64,000 nt of DNA from Carcharhinus amblyrhynchos (lineage: Eukaryota), in NCBI GenBank assembly GCA_965287045.1, contig OZ336903.1, positions 1,116,001 to 1,180,000 of the forward strand, in the 5' to 3' direction. Both the position numbers and the translations under genes were made by a program. Shown here piece after piece: positions 11,481 to 25,000 of this stretch. Under the pieces are notes generated by a model. The model was given only the letters and a program-made list of their open reading frames with translations, ran no database searches and was not told the origin of the DNA. Position 1 is the first letter of the stretch. Every line of letters starts with the position of its first letter.

Positions 11481-12699
11481 TTGAACACAACTGAAATGTC
11501 AAAATGTTCAGCGACATTCAATTCCTGGAGGCCCCGGATGATCAGGGGTATTTGTTGATGTCATTCTGTCATATGCTGCTGGTGAATTCATGAATGTACT
11601 TAAAGTTATAGATGCCCCATGTTCGAATGCCCAATTGCAATCTTTCAATGTTAAAGTCTAGCAGCGACTAACATGCGAGCAGAGACCTGACCACAAGGCC
11701 AGGTGTTTCCTGTCTGTTCAGCAACACAGGAAAACGCGCAGCGAATGTCCTGAGCCTGAACAGACAGTGAGCTGCTTCGGGGTGACACAGAATATAACTC
11801 AATACCAGTTACTCAGCTTCTCAGGAATCATTTCTTCCTGTATGGAACAAATATGTCCGTGGGCTACCCTTCTCTAAACGCGGCTCTGTAAAGACATTCA
11901 CTCAAATAACTGTCAATTTGATCATGAAAATAAAATTACATTTGTGCAGCAGATCAGAAATATTTCTGAGCGGCACAGTCCCGCCGAACTCTGTCACTCT
12001 AAACTGGGCGGAGGCAGCAAAATCGCTCAGATATGTCATGGTGCTTATAAAGTATGTTTAAAAAGTAATTATGTCCCAATAGAGAATAACAGTCTTTTAA
12101 CAGAAGCATTTTATCTAAGATTTCCGTATAGAGGTGCTACATATTAAAATTATACATGAATTAGGCTTTCTGTATTTCGAGAATATTGTTCTCTGAATAG
12201 AAGACAGTAAATACTTTGGAGGTTGTTCTCAGAGCAAGGAGCAAAAGGTCTGTTTTCACTCGGGAAAAAAAAATTCTAGATGTTACAGATTTGAACTTCT
12301 TGCTTGAGTTACTGCTGAAGTGAAATTTCTTCACTTTTCCCCTTTGAAGGTGTGAAAATCAGGTTGTGAATACAGGCTGTATTCGGACTCTGTAGGAGCC
12401 TTAAACAGCCGATTGGATTGGACTTGTCGGTGAGAACACTCACTCACAGATTTCTTGAGGAAAGTGATTGGATCTGACATGTAATTTACGCATTTTCTCC
12501 ACATCACAGCAGTCCCAGATTTAACCGGGGAATTTTAACACTTATTCTCTCCACGGCCTTCAACTGTTGCTCGGAAATTGTCCGTAAGTGGTAAAACAGA
12601 ACAAAAATAATTTTACACAATCCAGTCCAGGCCAGGCCGAATATGATTTACAAACATTTACCAATTGCATTTCCTTCACTCGCCTGTGTCTGTGCTGTA

Positions 12700-13007
12700 A
12701 GATATGATGATTCTATGATCCGATGCTGGGTTAGTGACTCATTTCCTTATCAAAAATGTAGGCCTGATCAGCCGCACAGGGCAAGGAGGTGGATATAACT
12801 GTCATTGGTATCTTTTATCAAACCGCAATTTACATTTCACACATGGGAACATCAATTAGTCAGACGGGAGGAAACATTATTTTCTGAACAAAGAATTCAT
12901 CCCTGGAGCGTTTGGTGTTTTAGAAAGTGTTGGAAGGACAGCCCGGTACCGGTGTACAAAACTCGGTGAATAGTCAAGTCTGATCGCAGTAACCGACAGT
13001 CGGGACG
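12700..13007 (+). promoter_or_regulatory. Putative promoter/5'UTR of SRCR gene A
   Basis: Immediately upstream of the leader ATG. Motifs: AP-1 TGACTCA 12735, TTATCA (GATA) ~12747 and 12815, RUNX AACCGCA 12821, Ets GAGGAAA ~12868, HMG-box AACAAAG 12887. Confidence 0.4.
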
Positions 13008-13053
13008 ATGCTGCGCTCCTTCCTGACTCTAATTGCATTGCAGCTTCTCAACT
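13008..13053 (+). CDS. Gene A exon 1, signal peptide [15 protein letters not shown]
   Basis: ATG in good context (GACGATG), hydrophobic leader, phase-1 donor GTGAGT joining exon 2 in frame (..[14 protein letters not shown]). Confidence 0.8.
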
Positions 13054-16000
13054 GTGAGTTATTATTGATTGAAAGTATCCCGATGTCTGTTGAGAATTCA
13101 CTGACATAAAATTTTAGCATGTCTATATGTGTATATATATGTTATATATATAGAGAGAGAGAGATTTCGGAATAAAAATGTTGGTGACCGATGTCAAGGA
13201 AAGTTGATGATTTGAATAATAAGTGTCATCTAGAGGTAATGGGATATTAATGTGCATCAATTTACAATGAGAGGAGGCGAGTTCAGTGTCTGAACAGCTG
13301 AAGGATGAAGAAGTGCTCAGCAAATTGAAATCATACTTGCTTATGCGTTTGAATTATTGTAAAGCTGAAAGGAGTCTAGGACAGGCTTTTGGGGTTAGAC
13401 TGAATTGGTTTTATTCCACCCGGCACAGTCAGTTTGGACCGGGGCCGAACACTTTTGCCGAATATTGCTCTGAGGCCACAAAGGCTCAATGGAAATTGTT
13501 TTTGATTGCCGTCTACCTGACATTGGTGTGCAGAATAAATAAATTGGAGTTGAAAATCAAAATGGACTATCAAATCTAAATCTGGAAATTTATACATTTT
13601 TTTTTCCGGCAATGTTTTGGATTCTCCGCTCCACTTAGGGAAAAGGCTCTATTATATTCAAATGAACCCTTCGTTGTTATAAGTGTGTATTGGAATTGGG
13701 AGTTTAAGTAGCAGAAGCTTCAGTTGGCGAATAATTTAGATTCCCTTTTTTTAATTATTTCCTTTCAAACATATTTAGAATGTAGAACATCTGATTAATG
13801 CATGTTTTAATTTCTCGGCCGAGACTTAAGGCAACCTGAGATTTAAATACAAAATTGAATAGAAATGCTTTATTCGCACATGGACAACATATTACTGTAA
13901 AACCTCTATTCGGACTACTTGATTTGTGTTGGTACAAATTAGAGCAGTCGCTGTTAGAATCTGCTGAAAGTGAGTTTGAGTGGAAGCCAACTCACTGCGT
14001 TTTAAAATAGAGGAATTTTGGCGAGGACCATCCACACATGCTTCTCCTGATATTGTAATCTGACCTTCATGAGAGGATTAGATAGCGGGGACAGTGAGGG
14101 CCTTTTTCCTCGGATGGTGATGGCGAACACGAGGGGACATAGCTTTAAATTGAGGGGTGGTAATTATAGGACGGGTGTCAGAGGCAGGTTCTTTACTCAG
14201 AGGGTAGTGAGGGCGTGGAATGCCCTGCCTGCAGCAGTTGTGGACTCGCCAAATTTAATGGCGTTCAAATGGTCAGTGGATAGGCATATGGATACAATTG
14301 GAATAGTTTAGGTTAGAGGGTCATTGCATTGGTTCCACTGGTCGGCGCAATACCGAAGGCCCAAGGGCCTGTACTGCTCTGTAATGTTCTATGTTCTATT
14401 TCTCATTACATTTTCCGTCAGAACCCCGTGTAGAGATAAAACAAACAAATTGTTTGAAATAGGTGTTTCAGCCTCAGAGTGTTGGGCTAGTTCTGTGAAT
14501 AACGCATTTTAACACATTAATATGAATTGCAATTAAGTATGGCATTAATTAGTTTCATTAATATGAAGAAAATACTTATCTTGTTATGTTGATAATGTAA
14601 TTTGCTCAATTTGCATGATTTGCCTGGTCACTTTTGTTGCCCAAATGCCTCATATCTCCGACAGGAATATTACCAGAATGTTTTACATTAATATTTCTAT
14701 GCAGTGATTTGTTTCAGGTTTTAATTATTTTTTATTTCTCAAGATGTATGCCAGGGTTTCATGTTCTCTGTGTCTCATGCCGTTTTCTGTGGCACTTCGA
14801 GACATGTTCTTTCACCACCTTCCACAGGCCAAGTAGTTTAGTTCCGATTTAAGTTGTTAACTTGGTTGTTGTTTAAGTTGTTCAGTTGGTTCATTTTCTC
14901 TCGGTTCCCAACGTGCCTCTTTAGTTATATTCATTAATCCGAATGTCGCTGAAAATGCTGGTTAACTGATAGAGAAGCGCCCCATTCCTGTTATCAAACA
15001 CTTCACACAGTAAAGGACCGAGAGTCCGCGAAATACAGTCTGAAAAAATACTGTTTGGACTTTGCACTTGCTTGAAGGAACATGTCTTATAAAAGAAACA
15101 AATGCAATGTTGCAATGTAATAAATCCTGTGCCCAATAAACCCATCTCATTAAAATTTGACGTTTTTGTTGCTACTGAATCGCCAGTTAGCTCGCAGTTA
15201 TGAAGTGAATATTCAAATCGTTGTCTTAACTTGTAGAAACTCTTTAGAATATACTTTGAGCAAATTTGCATTTTTAGTTCATTAGTCTCCACAAAACAGC
15301 AAATGAATAAGAAACTGAGATTTGCCACGTAATCGAACTCAGATACGGCGGCAGATATAATTAAATACTCCACTGGGTCTGTTGTACAGATGGAACAGAC
15401 ATGAATTGAAATTCTATCCGAACAGCGCAGTCTGGGTGTAGATCGCCGCCGCTGTTAGAATAGCATCGATTGCCGAATGGAATCTACGTGAATTAACCGC
15501 TTGCAGAATCCCAGTAAAAGTTCTAGCTCCTATCAATAGAATGCGTACACAGATTTGGGATAGATATTTCTCAGTGGAGGAGCTGTATGCTCGTCCTGTG
15601 GGACAGTGAGCTGCCATATGTTAAACAAATTATTTTGAGTTGGAGTAGTGGACACGGCTGTAAATATTGAAAAGTTAAATATTAAATCTAAGTGGGACCA
15701 ACATTGCTTTAACTGGCATATTAAGCCATATATTTAATATCAGTCGCTCCAGCGAAATAATGGATAAGTGAAAAATCCGACTTCTTCCGCAAATTGGCAG
15801 CGTGAGATTTTCTGATTGCTGTTTGGAGCAATGAGCTTTAGAAATCACAGCAAAGCTTTCTAAACCATACACTAATATCAGCTTTGTGTATCAATCAGTG
15901 GATACTTATCACCCTCTTCCCAGACACTCTCAACATCCACTGAACTTTCTGTTGTTTATACTGAGCTATGAGAACTCGTCACTCATTCTAGATTGGCAAA

Positions 16001-19000
16001 CTCCACCGTTTCCGTGTAAAATGTTTTGAGCCATTTTGTACCGTTAGCTTCGGCCTCCAGACCCCAGAAAAAATATCACCCTGTCTCGCAAAAATTGGAT
16101 AAGTGTCCGCTTACATTCTAAATCTGATATCTTACAAGTGTTAATTTGGTGTGACCATACATTTGAAAATTATAGTTCCACGAGCGAATCATAATGTGTC
16201 CTTCCTGCTGCGAGCTAAATGGTCCCTTGTTTCACGGTGGTTTCCAACTCCGAATACGATGTTATCTAATTAATTCCACTCGTAACACCGACATTTATTT
16301 ATTACGTGTTAGGTCTCATAGTTTAAGTTAAAATATTATTGATAGATCGAATAGTCTGTCACGGGGAGATGTATTTGCTGCCTTACTGTTTTATGCAAAT
16401 AGCGTGTTGTTGTCTTTAAATGGGCCTACATTTTACAGTCCCAAAATTTCCATGCCTCTGTATCTCTTACAAAAAAATGTTAATACCCCATATTCAGCCA
16501 AGGCCTTTGCACTCATTATTATTATGCAAATTCTTGTGAGGTCAGTGTCCCTGGCAATGGCAGCATTTATTGTCTGCACCCAGATGTCTTCAGGAATTGA
16601 TCTCTGAACCTTTTTTGCTGCCTGGCTGCAGTACATGATGCACTGGTGCAGGCAGAGTGACATTAGGGATTGAGCTCACATGAGAATGAAGCAACCCCGA
16701 TATTGTCCGAACTCAGTATGTTGACAGACTTCGAAGGGAATGCACAATTCAGGGTATTGCTGTAGGCCTGACCTTGCACTTCTCGGTGGTAGAAATTGCG
16801 GGTTTGGTATGAACTGCGAATGAGTTTCGGTCATTTGTTGCTGTGTATCATCTACAAGGTACACAAATGATTCAGGTGACGGCTGGGATTTCCAGCAAAT
16901 CAGGCTGCTGACCAGCACCTTCTATTCCATTGTTTGTTCGTGTCATTAGTGACCTGTTGTAGGAGGAAAGGGGGAACAAGCTTCAGGTGAGGGGGGAAAG
17001 TTGAACGAAGATGTGTGAAAGAAGCTCAGAAAGTAGTGCATGCCTGGAACGCGCTGCCAGAGGAGGTGATGGAAGTTGACACATTAGCAACATTTAAGTG
17101 TCATCTGGATGGTAAATGAATAAGGAGGAAATAGAAGGATACAGATGGAAATAGGACAGCATGTTTTTTTTCTTAGTTGGGCATCATGATGGACAGGGGA
17201 TTGATGGACCGAAGGGTCTGTTTCTGTGCTGTACTTTTCTTTATTCTGTGTTTTTGAAATGGGTCACTGATTCAGTGGGAGATTTACTGAACGCTGAAAA
17301 GTGGAGCAAAAAATAGAAAGACGGAATGCATGAAGAGGGTCCAAAAAATTCCAGTTGGATCGTCGAAATTGTGAACATTTTGAGTAAATATTAAAATGTT
17401 TTCCCACAATTCTGGCAATGAGAACAACATAAGTGAGTGCTGTGCGATACTGTTTGTGAAGAGTTAATAAGGATAGCTGAGGATTGTCTGCATTGCAAAT
17501 AAATGTCACACTGTCCGTATTGTGGACGGTGGTGCAGAGATATTCGAGTAACTTTGTCATTGTTAATCTGTGGATCAAGTTATAAATTTCAGCAATCGAA
17601 CCGGAGACAAGAATCACTGCCCTGTTGATTCTATTATGTAAACTTGGAACTAAAAGTGATTAGGAGATTTGACTGACACAAAATGTCTTGGAATAGGGTT
17701 ACAGGTGGCTGATATAAAAGGAATGAGACAATGATATTCAGTGGCCATGAGACAATGGGTGTGGTAAATGAATAAAACTTTTTAACATCAAGTGCTTGTA
17801 AATCGTATAGTGAAAGAATAACACAAATCCTCGGTGTTGGCTTTGTGATGTTTGGTTTTTGCACTTTCATTCATCTCGTGTTCCAGAAAAGACTAATTTT
17901 CAAAATTTCATTTCAGGCAGACCAGGGAACAGCCAGGCTGATCCATCAGGTAATCGCCCTCCAAGTTCATATCTGATATTTTACTGCACTAATCCATCCA
18001 ACTGAATGATAAATCACTGAGACAATTTCAATATCTTTGCGTTCAATGGTTCGGTTGAATATCTGCCTGGCAATTGTGAAGGAAAATGTTCTTGCAATGT
18101 TTTCCTGTACATCTATAAGTTCTGTTCCCTAATTCAAAAATTAGTTCCCCGAGGAGCAGGGTGAGAGGCAAATGGTTCCCACAGCGGTTTCGAAATAAAG
18201 CTTCACTTCTCCAGTTACCAGCCAGCGTTGAAATTCAGTGCAATATGAAGCCCTTCCACCCCCGGTATATTCGGGATCCGCCGTAAACTCGCCGTATCTC
18301 ATAACCCCGGGAAGGGCTGGAGACTACCTGACTGTCCAATTCAGCCGGTTGCAGCAGGGTGAACCACCTGGTTCGACACTGGTGGCAGATATCGAATCCA
18401 TGCTAGGATTGGGATTCCACTATATTAGTCCCGGCAGTGTTGTGGACCGCGGACCATAACAGCCTTGACTTGTGCGGATTCAATCAAGTAAGCACCCATC
18501 CACACTCCTGCCTGACGCAGCCGGATGATGTTTCCAACTTCCAACTGATGTGCGGCTGTTTCCCACTGTCAATCCATATTCCCGCTTCCACTTGCAATGT
18601 CACAGGGGGAGGGATTGGAATCGGATACAACAGTGCCGTTGAAGGGGCGTCTTGATAAGTAAATAAATAGGGTGGGAATAGAGGAATATGGTCCCCAGAG
18701 TGGTAGGGTTTTTAGTTCAGTGGGGCAGTAAGGTCGGTACAGGTGAGGAGGGCGGAGGGGCCTGTTCCTGTGCTTTTTTTTTGTTCTTTGTCTCATATTA
18801 TCCCAGGGTTTGTTGAGATCCTTGACACACTCGATACTTGATTTGATTCCTATCTGACTATAGGGGTCATGGGTAGAGAGGTGGACTGGTGGTGTTGAGA
18901 TGGCGGCGCGGGCTCGTTGGGTCGAAGGGCCTGATTCCCGGGCTGATTTTGTTCTTTGTTCGTTGTTCTTTGACCTGATGCATCAACTGGCCAAAATAAA

Positions 19001-22000
19001 AACATAAGAACATAAGAAATAGGAGCAGGAGTAGGCCATCTAGCCCTTCGAGCCTGCCCCGCCATTCAATAAGATCATGGCTGATCTGTCGCTGCTCAGT
19101 TCCACTTTCCCGCCCTCTCCCCATAACCCTTAATCCCCTCTCTTATCAAAAACCCATCAACCCGCGTCTTAAAAATATTTAGCGAGGCAGCCTCCACCAC
19201 TTCAACGGGCAGAGAATTCCAGAGATTCACCACCCTTTGAGTGAAGAAGTTCCTCCTCAACTCCGTTCTAAACCGCCCCCCTTTTATCTTGAGGCTGTGC
19301 CCCCTAGTCCTACTGTCTTTTTTGAGCGGGAAGAGCCTCTCCACCTCTATCCTATCCATCCCATTCATCATCTTACATGTCTCAATGAGATCTCCCCTCA
19401 TTCTTCTAAACTCTAACGAGTACAAGCCCAGTTTATTCAGCCTCTCCTCAAAACTGTATTTATTTTTATTTCACAGAGACGGTGAAGCTGAGACTGGCGA
19501 ATGGGAAGAGTCGGTGCGCAGGAAGAGTGGAGATTTACTACAAGGGAAGTTGGGGGACTGTGCGTCATCGCCTCTGGGACCAGCGGGACGCCGATGTTGT
19601 GTGTGGGGAGCTGGGCTGCGGGACCGCGCTCTCTGCACCAGTCGGGACTCTCTTTGGGGGAGGATCCGGACCCATTGTGACGGGAGGTCTTCAGTGCGAA
19701 GGGAACGAGACCGCCCTGCGGGAATGTCGCTCATTTCAATGGGGTCACCATCTCTTATCGCACTCCTATGATGCCGGTGTGATTTGCTCAGGTAAAAATA
19801 AAGTCCATCATCATTGCCTGCTCTCCGGCAAAGGGCGGATAAAGTATTCTGAGACTGTACACAGTCGTAAAAAGAGCGGTGATTATTTTCAGTATTCTGA
19901 AAATAGAAGTGTTGTTAGATTAACACCAGGATTTAAGTTTAGAATAAAGTCAAAGCAATGAGAGTCCAAAGACGAGCGGGCTAGGTTGACTGACCATTCT
20001 AAATTGCCCTGAGTGTCTCGGGATGCACAGGTTAGAGGGATTAGTGGATAAATATGTAGGGATATGGGGATAGGGCCTGGGTGGGATTCTGGTTGGTGTA
20101 GACTCGATGGGCCGAAAGGCCTCTTTGTACACCTTAGGATTCTATGATTTCTGATTAAAGAGAGTGATTAATAATTACCTCAACCGTGCACAGGCCCGTT
20201 GTGTCCTTGAGCTGAGCGCTTGCTGTTAGCTATATTCAGGAGGAGTTGTTCACTCCTGGTTCCTCACTGTTCAGTTCCGATCACCATTAAACAAATAATG
20301 AAGAATTCCAGGGCCACACAGAGCAAATCCTGGACAACAATCAGGCTTCTGCTGAGTAACCGTTTATCTTCATCTATCCGCAGCGTGTGGTTTATTTCGC
20401 AATTTTAACATAAATTCAAATCGTCCGATTGTAAACGACTTTTTTTCGCTTCAAAGTCGAGAAATTGTACCCACAAATGAAAATGTGGTTCGAACCCCAG
20501 AGATACGGTCGGAGGCATCCCGATGCCCCAAACCTTCTAAATCTCCACCGCCACCCCTTCCCCAGTGCCTCATCCGACACAACCACACGCCTGGAGACAG
20601 GGACGGACCTGTCACCAACCACCAGGGGCGGGGTGGGGTGAGGTGGTGGGGGGTGCGGACGGACCTGGGAGGAGAGCGAGAAAGAGTCCCGGGCGGACTA
20701 ATCTGTCCCGGTCTTGCCCGTGCAGAGTCAAAAGGTCAGGCATGCTTTGATCGGCTGGCTGTGTACCGAAGTACATTTAAGGGGAGTCGGGATCATTCGG
20801 CACTCGGTCAGAATTGGGGCTGTCTCTGAATTAAATCCGGGTGTCTCGGTCCATGTGTTTGACATTTACTGACTATTGATTGCGGAGGCCATAGAGCGCT
20901 TATCCAGTCACTGCGGCTACTTTCAGAGCAGCAATCAGTGGCCAGATTGAAGGTGTTCCAAGAGCGGAGTGAGGATGAGAAGGGTCTGGAGGAGAGTCAT
21001 GCGGATTGGAAACTTCCCTCTATTCTTCCCTCGCCACTAATTCTGCCACAGCTGCTGAATTGTTCCAACATTTTCTGATTTTGTGTGAGAGGGGACTGGC
21101 TGGATATCCCCTGTCTCTCCAGGCGTCTTGTTTTAATAACTGTCATGTAAATCCTCGTCCTAAAATGTTTGACCCTGTTTAGAAACTTATCTTCCTCTCA
21201 CTCCCCGAATCTGGTGAATAACAACTGTTCCTACATGATTTCCACTCGTGGCATTTTTTTTTCGGACAAGTTTACCTTTCGCGTTTACCAGCGGGAGAAA
21301 TCAGAAATGTCACTGGGAGAGAGTTCCATTCAAATGTGCGGCAGCCGATATTTTATTCAGAATAAAATGAAGGGAGATCAGTTGTTTTAACATTTAACGT
21401 CGCTGCAGCTTCAGGCTGATTTCAGACAGTGTAAACTGATAGAAGGAGATGGTTTCTCGTCTCAGTAACCAGTAGCCTGGGACACTCCCACTGGACTGCT
21501 TTCCAGAACAGGACACCATTTCAGTGACGCAGTTATTGTTCATTCCCATTCCAGATACGGAATAAACAATGTTCCTGAAACTTGAAGCAGAAGCTGTCCC
21601 CCTTCATGTTCTCGCCGTCAAAATAGAAATGCTAAAATTCTAGGACTTTTGCTTACGTTTTGGACGTGACCTTTACATTTTACCTGTGCCCATGGACCCT
21701 CAATAATGCTCGAGTGTTGTTTGCTAATCACCGTTTCGACATTCTGGGATCCATCGTTACATTTCTGGTTGAAGTAATTTCAGAACGTCCATTCTCAACA
21801 CGCTTTAGCGCCGAAAATCAAATATAGAATTCCGTTTGATGTCTATCAGTTAGAAAGTCCTGGGTAAATCATTCGAAATGACATTGATTCAGGTCCGCCT
21901 GTTGGTCATTGTAAATTTCCCATCAACAGGCGGTAGGGAGCAGGAATACTCAGAATGTATTGCGATAAACCAGCAGTCGGTTCAGTGTAAGTCCGGATGG

Positions 22001-25000
22001 GAAAGAATGATCCAGATGAATCGCTGTAAGAATGAACACGGTTTCGGGAGAGAATAATAATTGACACATTTTGAACTTGATGAAACATGTTTTATTATAG
22101 AATTTCTTAATACAGAAGAATGGTAATCAGCCCGTCAAGTGTCCCTGACAGGCTATCGAATCCAGGTCGCACCCCATGTTTTTACCTCTATAATTCCCCT
22201 GAACGATTCAACTTTACATTAAGGGGGAGCTCAGGGGAACCCGATTCAGAACCAATAATGATAGAATCTATTTAACAGGAAGTGAATATGTTTTGGTAAT
22301 AATTAGTGTTTTGTGATTTGTTGTTATTCAGCCAACAGGTTTCCAAAACTAGTATCCGGGGCTTTCCCATGTTCCGGCAGATTGGAGATCCATAACCATG
22401 CAGCTTCGAGCACAGTGTGTGACCGTGACTTGGATTGGAATGCCGCCAGAGTGATCTGTGCTGAGCTGCAGTGTGGAGTCGCCGTTTCAATTAGAAGTGG
22501 GGCTTATTTTGGAGAGGGCACTGGACTTATATGGAACGATAGATTTGAATGTAAAGGGAGCGAGACAAGCCTGATGGACTGCACCTTTGTTCCTGTAAAT
22601 CGGACCAGGTGCACCCACAGGAACGATGTCAGTGTGATCTGTTCCGGTGAGTACAGACTTGTGAAAATTAATTTAAAATGTTCTTAGTATTTCAACAAAG
22701 GAGAGATTGCAGATCTGTCCCTCTCTAACATGGACTTGTCTAACCAGATCTTCATATTTCAAAGGATGCACGCTTTTTACAGATAGGAAATGTTTACATT
22801 TTTATTAACGTTCTCAAATTAGCAAATTATTTTTGTTGATTTAGTGCCCAGGCCAGACATAGATTTCTCTGAAACATTTGACATGACATTCTTTGTGGAC
22901 CTGTCAGGTAGTCGTGTGTTGCCTCCCATGCCGTGATCCCACTGCAAAGTCTGTAGCAGACTGTAACTCTGCATCTAAAGAGAATATTGGCACAGCAGAA
23001 TAAATGAAGGCTTTGCATTTCAATTATCTTTCATCAAACAAAATAATTGGATGAGTTCAGTAACAGCATTGCAAGTTCATGTTTTACTTCTAGTGAAACG
23101 TGTAAAATTGGACAAATGTATGTTGGAGATTTCAAAGCATGGAAAACGCATCAATAATGCACATTATTCCCAAAATACTGCAATAGCTTTTCGAACGTCA
23201 TTTACTTGCTGAATTTCCTGGTGCGAGATGCTGTCTAATTTTGGAAGTGCATCTACCATTTTAGGCTCAGGTTATTGCTCCAGAGGATATCGTTGCATCA
23301 TAATGCAATGCTAAAACACTGCAGTTTATTTCAAGCATATTATGGACCTTCTCTATAGGCACTATATTCTGCCAATAGCAAAATAACTTTTGCCTTCAGG
23401 ATGGACTGCTCGCTTTGGGTTGAAGCACCTTCTTAAAAGCATCATATATGATGTTAATTCGTTCTAAATGATTGGTTGTGAATAGTGGGGAATGATTGGA
23501 GATGCGCATGCGATCTGAGTTCTCACCTTTACGCAAAAAAAAAATGCTGGCATGCCTTTCATTTAATTCCGATGTATAAATTATTTGTGTCTGTGTTTGT
23601 CCCTGAAACAGGAAAGCATGGGCTGAGATTGGTTGGTGGAAAGGACAGGTGCTCCGGCCGGGTGGAAGTGCCGCATGGAGAACACTGGGGGACGCTCTGT
23701 GATCTTTACTTTGATTTAGAAGACGCCACTGTGGTCTGTGAGCATCTTCAGTGTGGAGTGGTAGAGAAAATCCTGAGAGGTGCAGCCTTTGGGAAGGGAA
23801 ATGGGACAATATGGAAGGGGAAACTCAACTGCCGCGGGAACGAGTCCCGGTTGTGGGAGTGTCCGGTTTCATCCGTGGAAGAGTTTACCTGCTCACATGG
23901 AAATGACGTCAGTGTCATCTGCACGGGTGAGTCCCTAAATCAAGATAATGAAAACACGTGGTGCTGGGATTGAAGAGGATATTTCTACATTCGATCGCCC
24001 AAATGCTGGCCCATCCTCGAATTCCGTAAACATCTATTATCACTCTGTCTATTAATGTATTTGTTTCAGATTCAGAGCAGCCACGCTGGCTGTTCAGCCT
24101 CCTGTCTGACTGTACTCAGCAGCCTCTCATCACATCCTTCACCTCTGCACCAGAGGAATTGATCTGTTGGAAGATAATAATAATTGGATTTAACTTGTTG
24201 CACTGTAACCACTGTTCTCCATGTCTTTATATCCCTAGATGAAAACTGGTCACTGAGATTGATGAATGGGGGAAGTCGGTGTGATGGGCGGGTGGAGATT
24301 TACTACAACCACAGCTGGGGCAGAGTGCAGGACAGCCTCTGGGATCTGAATGACGCTAATGTGACCTGTAGACAGCTGGGCTGCGGCGAAGCGGTAACCG
24401 CCTATAACAATTCAAAGTACGGAGAGGGTGAAGGGCCTGTGTGGGTGAATGATGTCCAGTGTGAAGGTAACGAATCGCATCTCCGGAATTGCAGCACATT
24501 CACATTGAACCCGCATCGCAGTGGCAACATCGGCGTAGGAGTTCTGTGCTCAGGTGAATAAACAGTTCACTTTTCCAGAAACATACAGGGAATAATGTAA
24601 TCTTGGTCAACTGAGAATAAACGTCACTCCTTTTTGGGGAACATATAGCTGAGATATTTGACCCTGGCGCCCGGATACAGAACAGGACGTCACAGAAAAA
24701 AAACACATAGTTTGGAATATTATAACAACAACAATTTAATAAAAAAAGATATAACAACTTGATAAATCTCGAAGTAATTTCCCTCAGTAAATTGAGACCA
24801 ACGCAAATAAGGACAGTTTCGGCAGTGGAAATAATATGCTCATCAATGTGGGGTGGCTTACAACATCAGAGAGAAGGGAGAGAGGGGGCCATGTATGAGA
24901 AGAAAATTCCAATCTTATGTCCCAGTCCCCAAAATCATGAGCGTTAACTAAGTCTGAGGAAAGGCTTGCTGTGTGAAGTGTCAGATGTGACAGAAATCCA

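Noticed and set aside
16404-16607. Hydrophobic ORF as leader exon of gene A
   Set aside because: The frame is not preserved in the mirror copy (~62540-62710), and a better leader with a phase-1 donor exists at 13008-13053.
20485-20829. Pro-rich ORF, partly mirrored at 55893-56496, as an extra exon
   Set aside because: Reading frames are not conserved between the arms, and no phase-compatible splice pair was found.
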